Source: Candidatus Natronoplasma sp.
GTDB taxonomy: Archaea > Thermoplasmatota > Thermoplasmata > Halarchaeoplasmatales > Halarchaeoplasmataceae
Length of the DNA stretch: 55,299 nt
Direction of reading: 5' to 3'
Assembly (NCBI GenBank): GCA_048621055.1
Contig: JBMCXO010000001.1
Coordinates: 1 to 55,299, forward strand
Below are positions 9,044 through 19,643 of this stretch, in pieces; position 1 is the stretch's first letter; each line of letters begins with the position of its first letter. Under the pieces are notes generated by a model. It made no database searches and had not been told where the DNA came from. It worked only from the letters and a program-made list of their open reading frames with translations. The position numbers and the translations under genes were made by a program.

Positions 9044-10723
9044 TTAAAAGCTTTCGTAATCGTAATTTACAGAATATACCAAGACTTCCTCCGACCTGTA
9101 CACAAGATAGAATTTTTCATGATAACACTGCATCAATTTAGGATTCAAAGGCTCGGGATTCTGGCCGGGCACTATAGCCGCTCCTTTTTTCATCTCTTCA
9201 TCCCACATTATATAACTGACATTGTTATCCCGTAAATCATCAAGGGCTTCAGAAAAATTTTCAGAAAAATACATCTCATCCCCGTCCGTCCAAGTCAATT
9301 CCTGATTGCTGACGGAAAAAAGAGCTCCACTAAGACGGTGATCAGTGGCGATCTTTTCCGTACTAGAATGTTTCATCCAAAAAGCAGCCTCCATATCTTC
9401 TGATTCGACACCTTCAATGTATCCTCCTGCTCTCTCCTGAGAGGGATATGAGAGAGGTATCAGATGAGCGACCAAAATTATCACCATCACACCCAATACC
9501 AATGTCTTTCTCTTATTCCCATTTGGGTTAAAAATAACATCATGGAAATGATACATACCTATACCAAACAGTAACGATAAAGTTAGAAGCAAAAAGAGGA
9601 ACTGTCTCATCGGTAGGAGAGAGCTATTTTTAGATATGACTCCTAAGATCATCGAAATTATAACAAAGATGAACCACCCTATCAAAGTTGGTCCTTCATT
9701 CAATGCTTTTATTATCTTTCTAGAAGCTACGAAGAAGAGTCCAAGAATCAGCATAGGAATATATAGGAGAACAGTAGTACCTAATTCAATATCTCTAACA
9801 GGAAGAGTACCTAATGTCATCTGTATTACTACAGGTATTATCAAAAGAAATATCAGAAGGGAGTAAATCAAAAAAGATTTCATATCTTGTTCATGGAGAT
9901 TGATACTAATAGTAAAATCAAATCTTCTCCTAATTCTAGCTAGTAACTCTAGAAAGATAAGCAAAACGAAAGGGGCAAAAACTAAGGTATAAGAAGGAAA
10001 ACCTAGAGCGCCTTCTATACGTCTTGCTCCGAATGGGATCGAATAGAATATCCAATACAAAAACGTTGAGATCATAAAGAATACCAATAACCAAGTCCTA
10101 AGACTGTCCAGCGTCCATTTTTTTCTCCTCCACAGCTTTGAAACGGTAATCCCCCCCACAAAAAAGAGTATCAAGAAATAGGCGGAAAGATGGTGTGTGA
10201 TTACGAGCGAAAACAAGGCGATGATCATCAATACTGACGTCTTCTTATGCATTTCTAGAGAAGTGATATTCAAAGAAAGTATCAGGAGCATAAAGAAAAA
10301 CCCAAGAGTTTCTGGTCGAGGCTGCGATAAGCCGTATATGATAGGAGGAAGAGAAGTAAAAAAGAAAGCGGAAACTATCGCAGGCCTCCAATCGTCCATC
10401 ACTCTGTGCACTATCATAAAAACAAAAAGTGGTGAAAGGGCGGAGATGACAACTGGAACGAACATCATCGAACGCATCAAATCAACCCCTGACAAAAGAT
10501 GAAAACCACCTCCCAAAATGAACATTCCCGGAAAGAACGGATAGGCTTTACCCCATCCATCAATCGATAAATATCTTCCTCCGGTGTCAACCCACTGATG
10601 TGTATAATAAAAGTACTCACCACAGTCCATCCCCCATAGGGTGTATTCGTAAATAGGTATCGTTCTGATCAGCAGGGAAAAGCTGACTATAGCCAATAAC
10701 GCAAACCATCCTGATTTTTTCAT
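9044..10723 (-). CDS. polytopic GT-C-type membrane glycosyltransferase-like protein (ArnT/PMT/STT3-like N-terminus)
   Basis: 559 aa with more than 10 TM segments. First loop is GMDCGEYFYY...YPFFPG and there is a C-terminal soluble domain. No clear WWDYG motif, so I do not call it AglB. Confidence 0.5.
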   Translation of the reverse strand: MKKSGWFALLAIVSFSLLIRTIPIYEYTLWGMDCGEYFYYTHQWVDTGGRYLSIDGWGKAYPFFPGMFILGGGFHLLSGVDLMRSMMFVPVVISALSPLFVFMIVHRVMDDWRPAIVSAFFFTSLPPIIYGLSQPRPETLGFFFMLLILSLNITSLEMHKKTSVLMIIALFSLVITHHLSAYFLILFFVGGITVSKLWRRKKWTLDSLRTWLLVFFMISTFLYWIFYSIPFGARRIEGALGFPSYTLVFAPFVLLIFLELLARIRRRFDFTISINLHEQDMKSFLIYSLLIFLLIIPVVIQMTLGTLPVRDIELGTTVLLYIPMLILGLFFVASRKIIKALNEGPTLIGWFIFVIISMILGVISKNSSLLPMRQFLFLLLTLSLLFGIGMYHFHDVIFNPNGNKRKTLVLGVMVIILVAHLIPLSYPSQERAGGYIEGVESEDMEAAFWMKHSSTEKIATDHRLSGALFSVSNQELTWTDGDEMYFSENFSEALDDLRDNNVSYIMWDEEMKKGAAIVPGQNPEPLNPKLMQCYHEKFYLVYRSEEVLVYSVNYDYESF

Positions 10724-10804
10724 CTGTTGTGATATATGCGATGGCGTTATAATATTTTTGCGAAAGGGCTAAAACTTTTAATCTTCGGTTATCAGTATTA
10801 CATC

Positions 10805-11800
10805 ATGGAAAGATACGCGAGACATCTCGTATTGCCCGAGATCGGTGAAAAAGGTCAAGAAAAGATAGAAGAAGGCAAAGTGGCTGTATTCGGTCTCGGT
10901 GCTTTAGGTTCTCCGATAACCGACGCATTGGCTAGAACGGGTGTAGGAGAGTTAAAACTGATAGACAGGGATTTTGTCGAGAAATCAAACCTGAATCACC
11001 AGGTACTCTTCGATGAGAGAGATCTGGGAAAACCTAAAGCAGAAGTAGCGGAAGAGAGAGTTCGGCATATCAACTCTCAGGTTCAGGTGGAGGGGAAAGT
11101 CACCAATATAGGCCCAAATAATATCGAAGATTTGATAAAAGATGTCGATCTGGTGATGGACGGTACTGATAATCTAGAAGTCCGGTATCTAACGAACGAT
11201 GCTTGTGTCAAACACAGGATACCATGGATATATACCGCCGTATTAGGAACCTACGGGATGACTAAGAACATAATACCTGAAAAAGATGCCTGCTTACGAT
11301 GTTTTTTTCCTGAGAAACCGCCTGCTGGAAGCATGGAAACCTGTGAGAACGCAGGGATATTATTCACGCTTCCCAGGATAATGGGAAACATAGCCTCTAC
11401 CGAAGCGATAAAATATTTGATGGGGAAAACAGTGAGGGACGGTCTAGTCACATTCGACGTTTGGGATTCCGATTTTGATATCACGAAAATAGAGAGAAGA
11501 GAAGAGCGATGCACCACCTGTGGTAAAAGAGAGTTCCAGTTCTTGAAAAAAGAGGAACAGACCATCACCGAGTTGTGCGGGAGGAACTCAGTACAGATCA
11601 CACCTGCGAGTCAAGAAGAAATCGACTTGAAGAAACTAAAGGAAATATCCATCGGTGCAAAAAGGATGGGAGATAAAATGATTAAGATACCTGCAGGGGA
11701 TTATGAACTCAACGTGTTTAAGGACGGTAGAGCTATAATCAAAGGTACGGAGGATTCTAAAAAAGCAAAGAGTCTTTATTCCCAATACATAGGTAATTGA
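10805..11800 (+). CDS. ThiF/MoeB/HesA-family E1-like adenylyltransferase
   Basis: MERYARHLVLPEIG...VFGLGALGSP (GxGxxG), two CxxC pairs (CLRC, CTTC), and a C-terminal FKDGRAIIKGTED...YSQYIG domain. The ATG at 10805 is preferred over the track start at 10736. Confidence 0.85.
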   Translation: MERYARHLVLPEIGEKGQEKIEEGKVAVFGLGALGSPITDALARTGVGELKLIDRDFVEKSNLNHQVLFDERDLGKPKAEVAEERVRHINSQVQVEGKVTNIGPNNIEDLIKDVDLVMDGTDNLEVRYLTNDACVKHRIPWIYTAVLGTYGMTKNIIPEKDACLRCFFPEKPPAGSMETCENAGILFTLPRIMGNIASTEAIKYLMGKTVRDGLVTFDVWDSDFDITKIERREERCTTCGKREFQFLKKEEQTITELCGRNSVQITPASQEEIDLKKLKEISIGAKRMGDKMIKIPAGDYELNVFKDGRAIIKGTEDSKKAKSLYSQYIGN

Positions 11801-11802
11801 CG

Positions 11803-12429
11803 TCAATGGGTCATCTTTTCAAAACCGAGCTCCTCTTCCATCCCGACGAGTCCTGCATTAATTTCCTCCTCTTCGATCTCTCCCGGTCTACTCCTCACCC
11901 TCGGTTCGTCCGGCGTCAACATGCAGCATATCGTGGGTTGTATAGATATCTCATAAGTGCCTATCTCTCTAGCGATCTCCACTACTTCTGTTTTATCTAA
12001 ACCTATCAGCGGTCGATGGATAGGAATATCTATCGCACTATCAACAGAGGAGAGGTTGCTCAAAGTTTGTGATGCAACCTGGCCCAATGATTCTCCCGTC
12101 ACCAGAGCTTCTGCCTTCATCTCATCAGCCAACCTTTCTCCGGCTCGGTACATCATCTTTCTACAAAGTAAGCACCGGAAATGCTCGTTACCCTCTCTCC
12201 CGATCTTTTTTTGGATCTCACCAAAAGTCCCTAAATAACATTGGATGTCTCCATGGATACTTTTCAATTTATCCACCAATTCCTCCACCGTTTTGATAGT
12301 TTTCTCATCGGTAAAAGGCCTGTTATCAAGATGAAGTAAAGTCACATCAGCACCTGCTTCAGCCATGAGGTGAGCGGCCACCGGGGAGTCGATCCCTCCT
12401 GAAATAAGTACGATCACTTTATATGCCAT
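11803..12429 (-). CDS. thiI: ThiI-like PP-loop sulfurtransferase lacking the NFLD/THUMP domains
   Basis: 208 aa. SGGIDS PP-loop, ALVTGESLGQVASQTLSNL...HRPLIGLDKTEV ThiI signature, and Cys motifs CLLC and ICC. Confidence 0.8.
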   Translation of the reverse strand: MAYKVIVLISGGIDSPVAAHLMAEAGADVTLLHLDNRPFTDEKTIKTVEELVDKLKSIHGDIQCYLGTFGEIQKKIGREGNEHFRCLLCRKMMYRAGERLADEMKAEALVTGESLGQVASQTLSNLSSVDSAIDIPIHRPLIGLDKTEVVEIAREIGTYEISIQPTICCMLTPDEPRVRSRPGEIEEEEINAGLVGMEEELGFEKMTH

Positions 12430-12569
12430 CTAACGAGAGTTCACCACATCTATAAAATATAAACATATCGGCGTGATACTTTTACACCGATAAATTTTGC
12501 AAGATTCTCGATTCGTTTTTCCCAAAACATGTAAATACAAAAGAGAAGTTATAAGTTTGGTGGAATATA

Positions 12570-12992
12570 ATGGTAGATAAGAACAAAACCACCGGATACG
12601 TTGTATTCGGCTTAGGTATCGCTCTTTTAGTGGTAACATTTTCTCTAGCAATCTATACTTTTCTGAATCCAGTTTTCATCGAAGGTTTTTCTGATTTGGT
12701 CGAAGTGGGAGACGAAGGTTTGGCTCCGTTGGTAGACTTTTTGATCTACCTCATCCCGGGTATCTTTTTGTTCGCCATGGGAAGCGTAGCTGGAAAGATC
12801 ACAAAATATGGAATCCAGATGATCAGATCTCCGGAGAGAAAAACCGTTATAGAAACAGAAAGAAGAAGAAAAACAAGCGAACCTGACCGTCGCCAAACGC
12901 CTCCACCTGTTCAGTCAGTTAAAAATGAAAAAAGAAAAGGGAATTCCAAACAGACGAGGGCGAACGACCAAAAACCAAATGAACCCCGATAG
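12570..12992 (+). CDS. small membrane protein with a basic C-terminal tail
   Basis: 140 aa with two TM segments, followed by an Arg/Lys/Pro-rich tail. Confidence 0.5.
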   Translation: MVDKNKTTGYVVFGLGIALLVVTFSLAIYTFLNPVFIEGFSDLVEVGDEGLAPLVDFLIYLIPGIFLFAMGSVAGKITKYGIQMIRSPERKTVIETERRRKTSEPDRRQTPPPVQSVKNEKRKGNSKQTRANDQKPNEPR

Positions 12993-13116
12993 AGACAGTA
13001 TTCCTGACAAATCATTTTTCAATCCTTGCAAATCTTGAAAGAGGATAGATAGGAAAAGCAAGATAGAGGAAAAGATTTATAATACAAATCTTTTTACCAG
13101 AAAAGGCTAGAAGAAT

Positions 13117-13305
13117 ATGAATAGGGAATATACCCGCTTTGAGAAGGCTAGGATAATCGGTGCGCGCTCTATCCAGATATCTATGGGAGCGCCTACATTG
13201 CTGAAAAAAGAAGAAGCCGGGCCTATAGATCCGGTTGATATCGCTATAGAGGAATTCGAAAAAGGGGTTATTCCCATAACCGTGATAAGAGAGGAAGAAC
13301 AATGA
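13117..13305 (+). CDS. rpoK: DNA-directed RNA polymerase subunit K (Rpo6)
   Basis: [22 protein letters not shown] is the hallmark motif. ATGA overlap with rps2. Confidence 0.93.
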   Translation: MNREYTRFEKARIIGARSIQISMGAPTLLKKEEAGPIDPVDIAIEEFEKGVIPITVIREEEQ

Positions 13306-13922
13306 CCGCCGAAACCGAAGAAAAAGAAGAGATGTTGTTGGTGCCCGAGGAGACTTACCTTACCGCAGGGATACATATAGGTACACAGCAGAAAGCAAAG
13401 GACATGGAGCCCTTCATCTTCAAAGTTAGAGACGATGGTCTGTTCGTATTAGATGTAGACCAGACCAATGGAAAGATCAAGACTTTGGCCAAATTTTTAT
13501 CCCGATACGAACCTAGACGTATATTACTCGTTTCCGCCCGCCAGTACGGGAAAAGACCGATCGAGATGTTTTCCGACGTGGTCGGAGCTTCTAGTATAGC
13601 CGGTCGTTTCATACCAGGGACTCTCACCAATCCATCGCTTGACCATTTCATCGAACCTGAAGTCTTGGTGGTAGTCGATCCATCGGCAGATCGACAGGCG
13701 GTCAGGGAAGCTGTGAACGTCGGAATACCCATCGTGGGGCTTGTAGATACCAACAACATGTTGAGAAATGTAGATTTTGCTCTACCTACAAACAACAAAG
13801 GTAGGAAATCCCTCGCCCTCGTTTTCTGGTTATTGGCTAGAGAGATGAAGCTGCAGAAAGGGGAAATAGAAGAGAGAGACGAATTCGATTACGAAGTGGA
13901 GGACTTTGAACAGAGCCTTTAA
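13302..13922 (+). CDS. rps2: 30S ribosomal protein uS2
   Basis: 206 aa with [10 protein letters not shown]...VVDP...[12 protein letters not shown]. Typical archaeal rpoK-rps2 linkage. Confidence 0.93.
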   Translation: MTAETEEKEEMLLVPEETYLTAGIHIGTQQKAKDMEPFIFKVRDDGLFVLDVDQTNGKIKTLAKFLSRYEPRRILLVSARQYGKRPIEMFSDVVGASSIAGRFIPGTLTNPSLDHFIEPEVLVVVDPSADRQAVREAVNVGIPIVGLVDTNNMLRNVDFALPTNNKGRKSLALVFWLLAREMKLQKGEIEERDEFDYEVEDFEQSL

Positions 13923-13932
13923 GTTAAAAGAA

Positions 13933-15864
13933 TCAATAAAGTCTGATGGTCTCTAGATTTCTCGGAGCCCTCGTTTTTATACCGTATTTTTTGTAGATAG
14001 TGCTCGCTAGATTCGTAGCCTTGCTCTCCTCACCGTGACTTACCAAAACTCTATGAGGATTAGGGTTCATCTTACTTATATAATGAAGGAGTTGTATCCT
14101 ATCACTGTGTCCCGAGAAACCCTCACAGGTATGTATGTCCAATTCGACCGAGATGTCGATCTTTTCACCTTTCTCCGTCATATTTACCTTGTCGTAGCCT
14201 TTCTGTATCTTGTTGCCCAGTGTTCCCTCCGCCTGATACCCCACAAATATAAGCGTCGCCTCAGGATCGTCTCCCCAGGCTTTAAAATACTCGAGAACTG
14301 GACCCCCGTTCATCATGCCAGCTGTAGCAAGAACGATCGCTGGTTCATCACTGTCACAGATATCTCTCCTGTCATCCATACTTCCTACTTCCTTGAAATA
14401 TTTTGACAGGAACGGATTCTCGTCCTCGTGGAATATCTTATTCTTCAGTTTGTTGTTCAAAAATTCAGGATATGCCGTATGTATGGCGGTTGCCTCCCAT
14501 ATCATACCGTCTAGATACACTGGGGCTTCTGATATATCGCCTTTTCTCATCGCTTCCTCGATAACAAGCATCACCTCCTGAGAACGACCAACCGCAAAAA
14601 CGGGCACGATCACTTTCCCATTCTTGTGGTCGAGTGCTTGATCGAGTATGTCCTTCAGTTGTTCTACCGCGTCCTTTCTGCTTGGTTGTAAGTCTTCATA
14701 TCCTCCGTAAGTAGATTCTATGATCGCTGTCTCTACTCTAGGGAATTTATTGGCTGCCTGATTGAAAAGCCATGTATCATCATATTTTATGTCACCGGTG
14801 AAAGCGACGTTATAATCTCCATCACCTATATGCATATGAGCTACAGCCGAACCAAGGATATGTCCAGCATTATGAAGTGTAAGTCTGATATCTGGAGCTA
14901 TGTCTGTTGTCTCGCCGTATTCCAAGGGGATGGTTCTCATAACTTGATCTCTTACATGTTTAGATTTATAAGGTGGTTCTCTTGCATCGCTGACACTCAC
15001 TTTGATGTAATCCAACTGAAGAAGTGCAGCGAGATCTCTTGTCGGAGCTGTACAGTAGACAGGACCTTGGAATCCATACTTGTAAAGGGCCGGTATTACC
15101 CCACTGTGGTCAAGATGAGCATGTGTCAATACAACACCGTCAATCTCTTCTAGCGGAAGTAATTCAGGCGCATTCAAATAGGGGGTTCCTTCATTATTCT
15201 GGCTCTTTGCAGACGGATTGATCCCGCAATCTACAAGCACTTTACTATCTCGTGTTTGAAGCAGATGCGCGGATCGACCTACCTCTCTGTATCCGCCGAG
15301 AGCAGTGACTCTCCCAAAGGTCTCTCCCTCCCTTGTATCTCTGTTTATCTTTCTTCCGACCTCTTGCAAGAATTTTTTTCTCTCATCCCTGACTTTCCTC
15401 AAAAATTCTCTAGTATCTTTCACGGTCTTCGATTTGATAGGAGGGGTCCTTATAACATCAACAGCCCATCCGGTCTCCCTCTTGATCTCATTCAAAAGTT
15501 TTCCTTCCTTTCCGATAGCTATGCCAGGTGCTTTTGCTTCTATAGTCACCTCACCGATGTCTTCCTCGAAAAACATATCTGTGATCTCTGCTTCGTCTGG
15601 AACTAATTCTTTTATCTCTTTTTCGACTTTCTCCGGATCGGCTAAAAGAGAGGGATCCGGCCTGACAGTAACTCTTCTTTTCAACCTTTCCGCCAATTTT
15701 TTGACCGTATCGGCATCTTCGGTGAACTTGTCCATATCTTTTGTATAGATAACTATGACCGAACCCTCGAACTGTATGTCCGTTATTCGAACACCGCTAG
15801 GTAGTATCTCCCTAACCGCTTCTTTTGCTTCGTTTAAAATATCCTCAACACTCATAAAATCCAC
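13933..15864 (-). CDS. fttA: beta-CASP ribonuclease aCPSF1 (transcription termination factor FttA)
   Basis: 643 aa. N-terminal KH domains, metallo-beta-lactamase motif HAHLDHSG, and a beta-CASP C-terminal region. Confidence 0.93.
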   Translation of the reverse strand: MDFMSVEDILNEAKEAVREILPSGVRITDIQFEGSVIVIYTKDMDKFTEDADTVKKLAERLKRRVTVRPDPSLLADPEKVEKEIKELVPDEAEITDMFFEEDIGEVTIEAKAPGIAIGKEGKLLNEIKRETGWAVDVIRTPPIKSKTVKDTREFLRKVRDERKKFLQEVGRKINRDTREGETFGRVTALGGYREVGRSAHLLQTRDSKVLVDCGINPSAKSQNNEGTPYLNAPELLPLEEIDGVVLTHAHLDHSGVIPALYKYGFQGPVYCTAPTRDLAALLQLDYIKVSVSDAREPPYKSKHVRDQVMRTIPLEYGETTDIAPDIRLTLHNAGHILGSAVAHMHIGDGDYNVAFTGDIKYDDTWLFNQAANKFPRVETAIIESTYGGYEDLQPSRKDAVEQLKDILDQALDHKNGKVIVPVFAVGRSQEVMLVIEEAMRKGDISEAPVYLDGMIWEATAIHTAYPEFLNNKLKNKIFHEDENPFLSKYFKEVGSMDDRRDICDSDEPAIVLATAGMMNGGPVLEYFKAWGDDPEATLIFVGYQAEGTLGNKIQKGYDKVNMTEKGEKIDISVELDIHTCEGFSGHSDRIQLLHYISKMNPNPHRVLVSHGEESKATNLASTIYKKYGIKTRAPRNLETIRLY

Positions 15865-15999
15865 TTTTTCTTGATTTGTTTCCTTTGGTTTTCATGTACT
15901 AATTTCATCATTAAGATTTTCTCATTACGTATCCGTCAACACTCGTTTACTATCACATTAACGAAAATTACCCATCATAAACATAAAATTAAAGGGTTA

Positions 16000-16659
16000 T
16001 TATAACGCGGGAAGGTTTTTCTCTTCTCTTATATTAGAGATTATTTCTTTCAACTCTTCTTCGTCTAACCTCTCAAATCCTTTTTCTGGGGTTATTTTGG
16101 CTACGTTAACTCCGTCTCCAGAGGCTGAATCTCTACTGCTGGAGACCAGCAAAGAAAGCACCGCGAGTTCTACGCCTTCATCTATATCCATTCCTTTCTC
16201 GTAATGGTCTTCGAGAACACCGTAAACGAACTGGGAGCCAGAGCCTTCTGCCACGTACTCATCTGATATAGCTCCACCCAGTGCATCTATCGAATATACT
16301 TTCCCACTTCCGTCGGGATCTACGCCACCCAATACAAGACCGACATAATAGGGCATCATCCTTCTACCCATCATTATATTTGAAAGTAAAGTAGTGGCTG
16401 CTTCCACAGAAATAGTTTTATTCCTCTTCAATTCATAAAGTTCGACTTCTGAACTCAAGTAACGCGATAGCACCTGACCATCTCCAACCAATCCGGCGAT
16501 GTTCAATCCTATATTATCCGTTATCTCAAACAACTTTTTTGTATCCTTGTGAGATATCATATGACCTTTCGTCGCTCTTCTCTCCGTAGCAAGGACAACG
16601 CCGTTTTCACAGACCAAACCTAGTGTGGTTGTACCTTTATTGGTATTTTTTTCGTCCAT
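16000..16659 (-). CDS. psmB: proteasome subunit beta
   Basis: Propeptide followed by TTTLGLVCENGVVLATERR (catalytic Thr1). Confidence 0.93.
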   Translation of the reverse strand: MDEKNTNKGTTTLGLVCENGVVLATERRATKGHMISHKDTKKLFEITDNIGLNIAGLVGDGQVLSRYLSSEVELYELKRNKTISVEAATTLLSNIMMGRRMMPYYVGLVLGGVDPDGSGKVYSIDALGGAISDEYVAEGSGSQFVYGVLEDHYEKGMDIDEGVELAVLSLLVSSSRDSASGDGVNVAKITPEKGFERLDEEELKEIISNIREEKNLPAL

Positions 16660-16872
16660 AATTTCACACTCAACCCAATTTCTGAAATATTTTCAGAGAA
16701 CCTATGAAGTTCAATATTATAAAACCTTTTTCAGCGTTCTTTCCTAAAACTGCACTCCTATTTAGTTGTTTCCATCCAATCAATTTTTTCCCAGTAAACT
16801 ACATGAAGATAGTGTCTACATCTCAATTTTCCAAAGATAGCCGATGGCGAACATTAGTTGATGATCTAAATA

Positions 16873-17364
16873 TCACCGGTAGATAGACGGACCTGTTTTT
16901 GTGGAGGAGACTTCATCCTGATCCGTCATCTTAGCTCCTCCTAGAGATTGAAAATGCATCGTGGTCCTCATTCCCATGTTAACCACATACTGGATCGTGT
17001 CAAAAAATTTTCCTTTCCCCAGTTCTTCATCGTAAAGATGCTTCTTAATAACTATCGAATCCGGAAGGTTCTCGTCATCTCTCTGGATATTGTATATATT
17101 GGAGTCAACTGCCAACATCATCACCATAGTCTTTTCGAATCCCGACCTCTGTTTGTCATTTAGTTTTTTGAGTATCTTTTTGTGGTCATCGCTTACGTTG
17201 AGTTTGTAAACGACCTCTAGTCTCTTTTCATTTTTCTTCGGATTCCCGAGAAGGACCATCCTGTTTCCATGTTTCAATTGTATCAACCAATTCAGTGCTG
17301 GCTGATCACTGATCTGATATTCCCTATCATCCTCATCGAGCCATCTCAGTATTTGCTCTTTCAT
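16873..17364 (-). CDS. conserved hypothetical protein
   Basis: 163 aa and soluble. No motif recognised with confidence. Confidence 0.5.
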   Translation of the reverse strand: MKEQILRWLDEDDREYQISDQPALNWLIQLKHGNRMVLLGNPKKNEKRLEVVYKLNVSDDHKKILKKLNDKQRSGFEKTMVMMLAVDSNIYNIQRDDENLPDSIVIKKHLYDEELGKGKFFDTIQYVVNMGMRTTMHFQSLGGAKMTDQDEVSSTKTGPSIYR

Positions 17365-17403
17365 GGATAAGAGTTAGAGTTACATAGTTTATGTATTTTT
17401 GCA

Positions 17404-17967
17404 CTATAGCAATATCAATTCCAATCCGCGTAGAACGAAAAGAGGCACGATTATCATCAAAAAATCGTCATCTATCCTTATAGTTGGATATTCAGCTAAT
17501 ATAGCAGCCGCGGCTCCGATCATAGAGAAAGTTATTATTATATAAAGAGAAAAAACACCTAAAATACTGAACAACAACATCGCCAGCAGAGACCATGCTA
17601 TAAAAGGGACATAGGGGTAAAATTCAGGTTTATGGTGCTGTATCTCACCGATCAGTGGATCTATGAGGCCCATCCCTAGCAGACAAACGATGGCTAGATG
17701 CATAGGAAAAAACAGTAAGGTGATGGCAGCAGCTATGGAGGCCCAACCATATGATGCGAATTGTCTTTTTTCATAATCCCTCATGCCGTAGATACTGAAC
17801 CCAAAATACAGTCGAAAGCCTTCAAATACCAGTACTATAGCTAATATTATTATGAGAAACATGTCTCGTGGATAGCCAATTAAGGTATCGGGTACCAAAT
17901 AATAAACTAAAACTATCCACACCATTGAGTGGATTATCCTTCTGGTTAACCTCTCTTCTTCAGTCAT
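17404..17967 (-). CDS. membrane protein, possibly a polyprenol/dolichol kinase-like CTP-transferase family member
   Basis: 187 aa with about 5 TM segments. RRIIH, EGFRL, RDYEKR and GLIDPLIGE loosely fit the dolichol-kinase pattern. Overlaps the upstream ACD-alpha gene by 8 nt. Confidence 0.4.
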   Translation of the reverse strand: MTEEERLTRRIIHSMVWIVLVYYLVPDTLIGYPRDMFLIIILAIVLVFEGFRLYFGFSIYGMRDYEKRQFASYGWASIAAAITLLFFPMHLAIVCLLGMGLIDPLIGEIQHHKPEFYPYVPFIAWSLLAMLLFSILGVFSLYIIITFSMIGAAAAILAEYPTIRIDDDFLMIIVPLFVLRGLELILL

Positions 17968-19429
17968 CGATACATTCCCCTAGATGAGATAAAGTCCTTC
18001 CTCGATCCACCAACACGGCTAGACAATCTATAGCTCTCTTTGTGCTCGGATAAGCAGGTACACCCTCTTTGTAAAACTCTTCTCTCCATCTATCTCCAGT
18101 CTTGTCTCCAATGCAGGCGACAACGATTGGTTTGTCTCCCTGGTGATACCACTTCGAGATCGATTCGACCATTCCCTCTCCTACATATGGCGACTGAAAC
18201 AGCGCATATAGAAATATAGCATCGATCTTGTCCTCATCTTGGAGTATTTTCAGCACGTCATCCACCATCTCATCTGTAACATTAGCAGTAAGATCTATCG
18301 GGTTATCTCCGGACGCTATAGGAAGGATCACATCATCCAACCTCTCCTTTATATCGTCAGAAAAAGAAGGCATTTTAAGACCCAGTCCAGGATCAGAATC
18401 CTCTATGTAATCCGAAGCTATGACTCCAGTACCTCCAGCACTGCTTATGACGGCGATATTTTCTCCTTCGATAGGGTCATTCATACCCAAAACTTCAGAA
18501 AAATCTGTAAGCTCTCTTTCATCGTATGCGTTTATTATGCCAGCCTGTTTTGATACGCCTTTTACCACCCTGTCTGATGTAGAGGCTAGAGAACCCGTAT
18601 GAGATTGTGTAGCTTTCCGGCCGATATCACTTCTACCGCTTTTTAGAAGGACTATCGGTTTTTCAGGAGCCGTTCTCTTTGCGATCTCGTAAAGTTCCCT
18701 TCCATCAGATAGACTTTCGAGGTATAGTGCTATAACGTCGGTTTCTTCGTCTTCAGCGAAGTATTCCATTAATTCGACTTCATCTATATCCAATCGGTTT
18801 CCTATCCCCACGAAACCGGACAGACCAGTATGGTGTGCACAGAGAGTTTCCACGAACGGAGTAGCCATGAATCCGCTCTGAGATATGAAAGCTATACCAC
18901 CTTCTTCTGGCCGTTCGACGCGATCTTCTGGTAAGAAAAAGGTATCAAGATCTACTGGAGGTATCAGGACACCCATGGTATTAGGTCCCAACAAACGGGT
19001 CCGATTTCCTTTCAATATCTCTTTTATTTCTTCCTCCATCTTTTTCCCCTTCTCGCCAGTTTCACCAAAGCCGCCTGAAACGAGTATTATCGCTCCAACA
19101 CCGAATTTTACACAGTCTTCCACTGCATCAACCGCATATTTTGAAGGTATTGCTAATATCGCAAGGTCTACCTCGTCAGGAACATCATGGATAGTGGTGA
19201 AAAAACCTTCCTCCCCTTCTGCCTTGGGATTTATCGCATAAACATCTCTATGGGAGCTTTTCAAATTGTGGTATATTATGTTACCCATCTTTTCATCTTC
19301 ACTGAGAGAAACACCGAAAATAGCCACATTATCTGGATCGAGTAATTTATCTATGTTCTGCCCTCTTTTAGATCCATCCAAGCTCAAATATACCACCATG
19401 ATGACTGTAAATCCGATTTTACCCATCAA
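17960..19429 (-). CDS. ADP-forming acetyl-CoA synthetase, alpha-type subunit (CoA-binding plus CoA-ligase domains, no ATP-grasp)
   Basis: LLDPDNVAIFGVS, LLGPNTMGV, and phosphohistidine motif QSHTGSLAS. The N-terminal ~15 aa of the ORF are uncertain. Confidence 0.85.
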   Translation of the reverse strand: MMGKIGFTVIMVVYLSLDGSKRGQNIDKLLDPDNVAIFGVSLSEDEKMGNIIYHNLKSSHRDVYAINPKAEGEEGFFTTIHDVPDEVDLAILAIPSKYAVDAVEDCVKFGVGAIILVSGGFGETGEKGKKMEEEIKEILKGNRTRLLGPNTMGVLIPPVDLDTFFLPEDRVERPEEGGIAFISQSGFMATPFVETLCAHHTGLSGFVGIGNRLDIDEVELMEYFAEDEETDVIALYLESLSDGRELYEIAKRTAPEKPIVLLKSGRSDIGRKATQSHTGSLASTSDRVVKGVSKQAGIINAYDERELTDFSEVLGMNDPIEGENIAVISSAGGTGVIASDYIEDSDPGLGLKMPSFSDDIKERLDDVILPIASGDNPIDLTANVTDEMVDDVLKILQDEDKIDAIFLYALFQSPYVGEGMVESISKWYHQGDKPIVVACIGDKTGDRWREEFYKEGVPAYPSTKRAIDCLAVLVDRGRTLSHLGECIDD

Positions 19430-19643
19430 GTACCTATTTATGTAATTTTTGTCTTTTTCACATATTTTTATAACATTATTAATACACCATAATCTTTTCC
19501 TCTATTGACTATAAGTAATTACCACAGATGACTTAAAATATGGGGTGATTCCTTAATCACACTTTACCCAAAGAGTCTCGAATTCCGACAGTAGTGAGAG
19601 GTTTCCAAAATACTAATAAACCCCTTCTCTTTACTCCGATTTG

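Noticed and set aside
10736-10804. 23-codon N-terminal extension of the ThiF-like ORF (MRWRYNIFAKGLKLL...).
   Set aside because: It is unconserved and hydrophobic, and it nearly abuts the divergent gene start at 10723. The conserved MERYARH start is at 10805.
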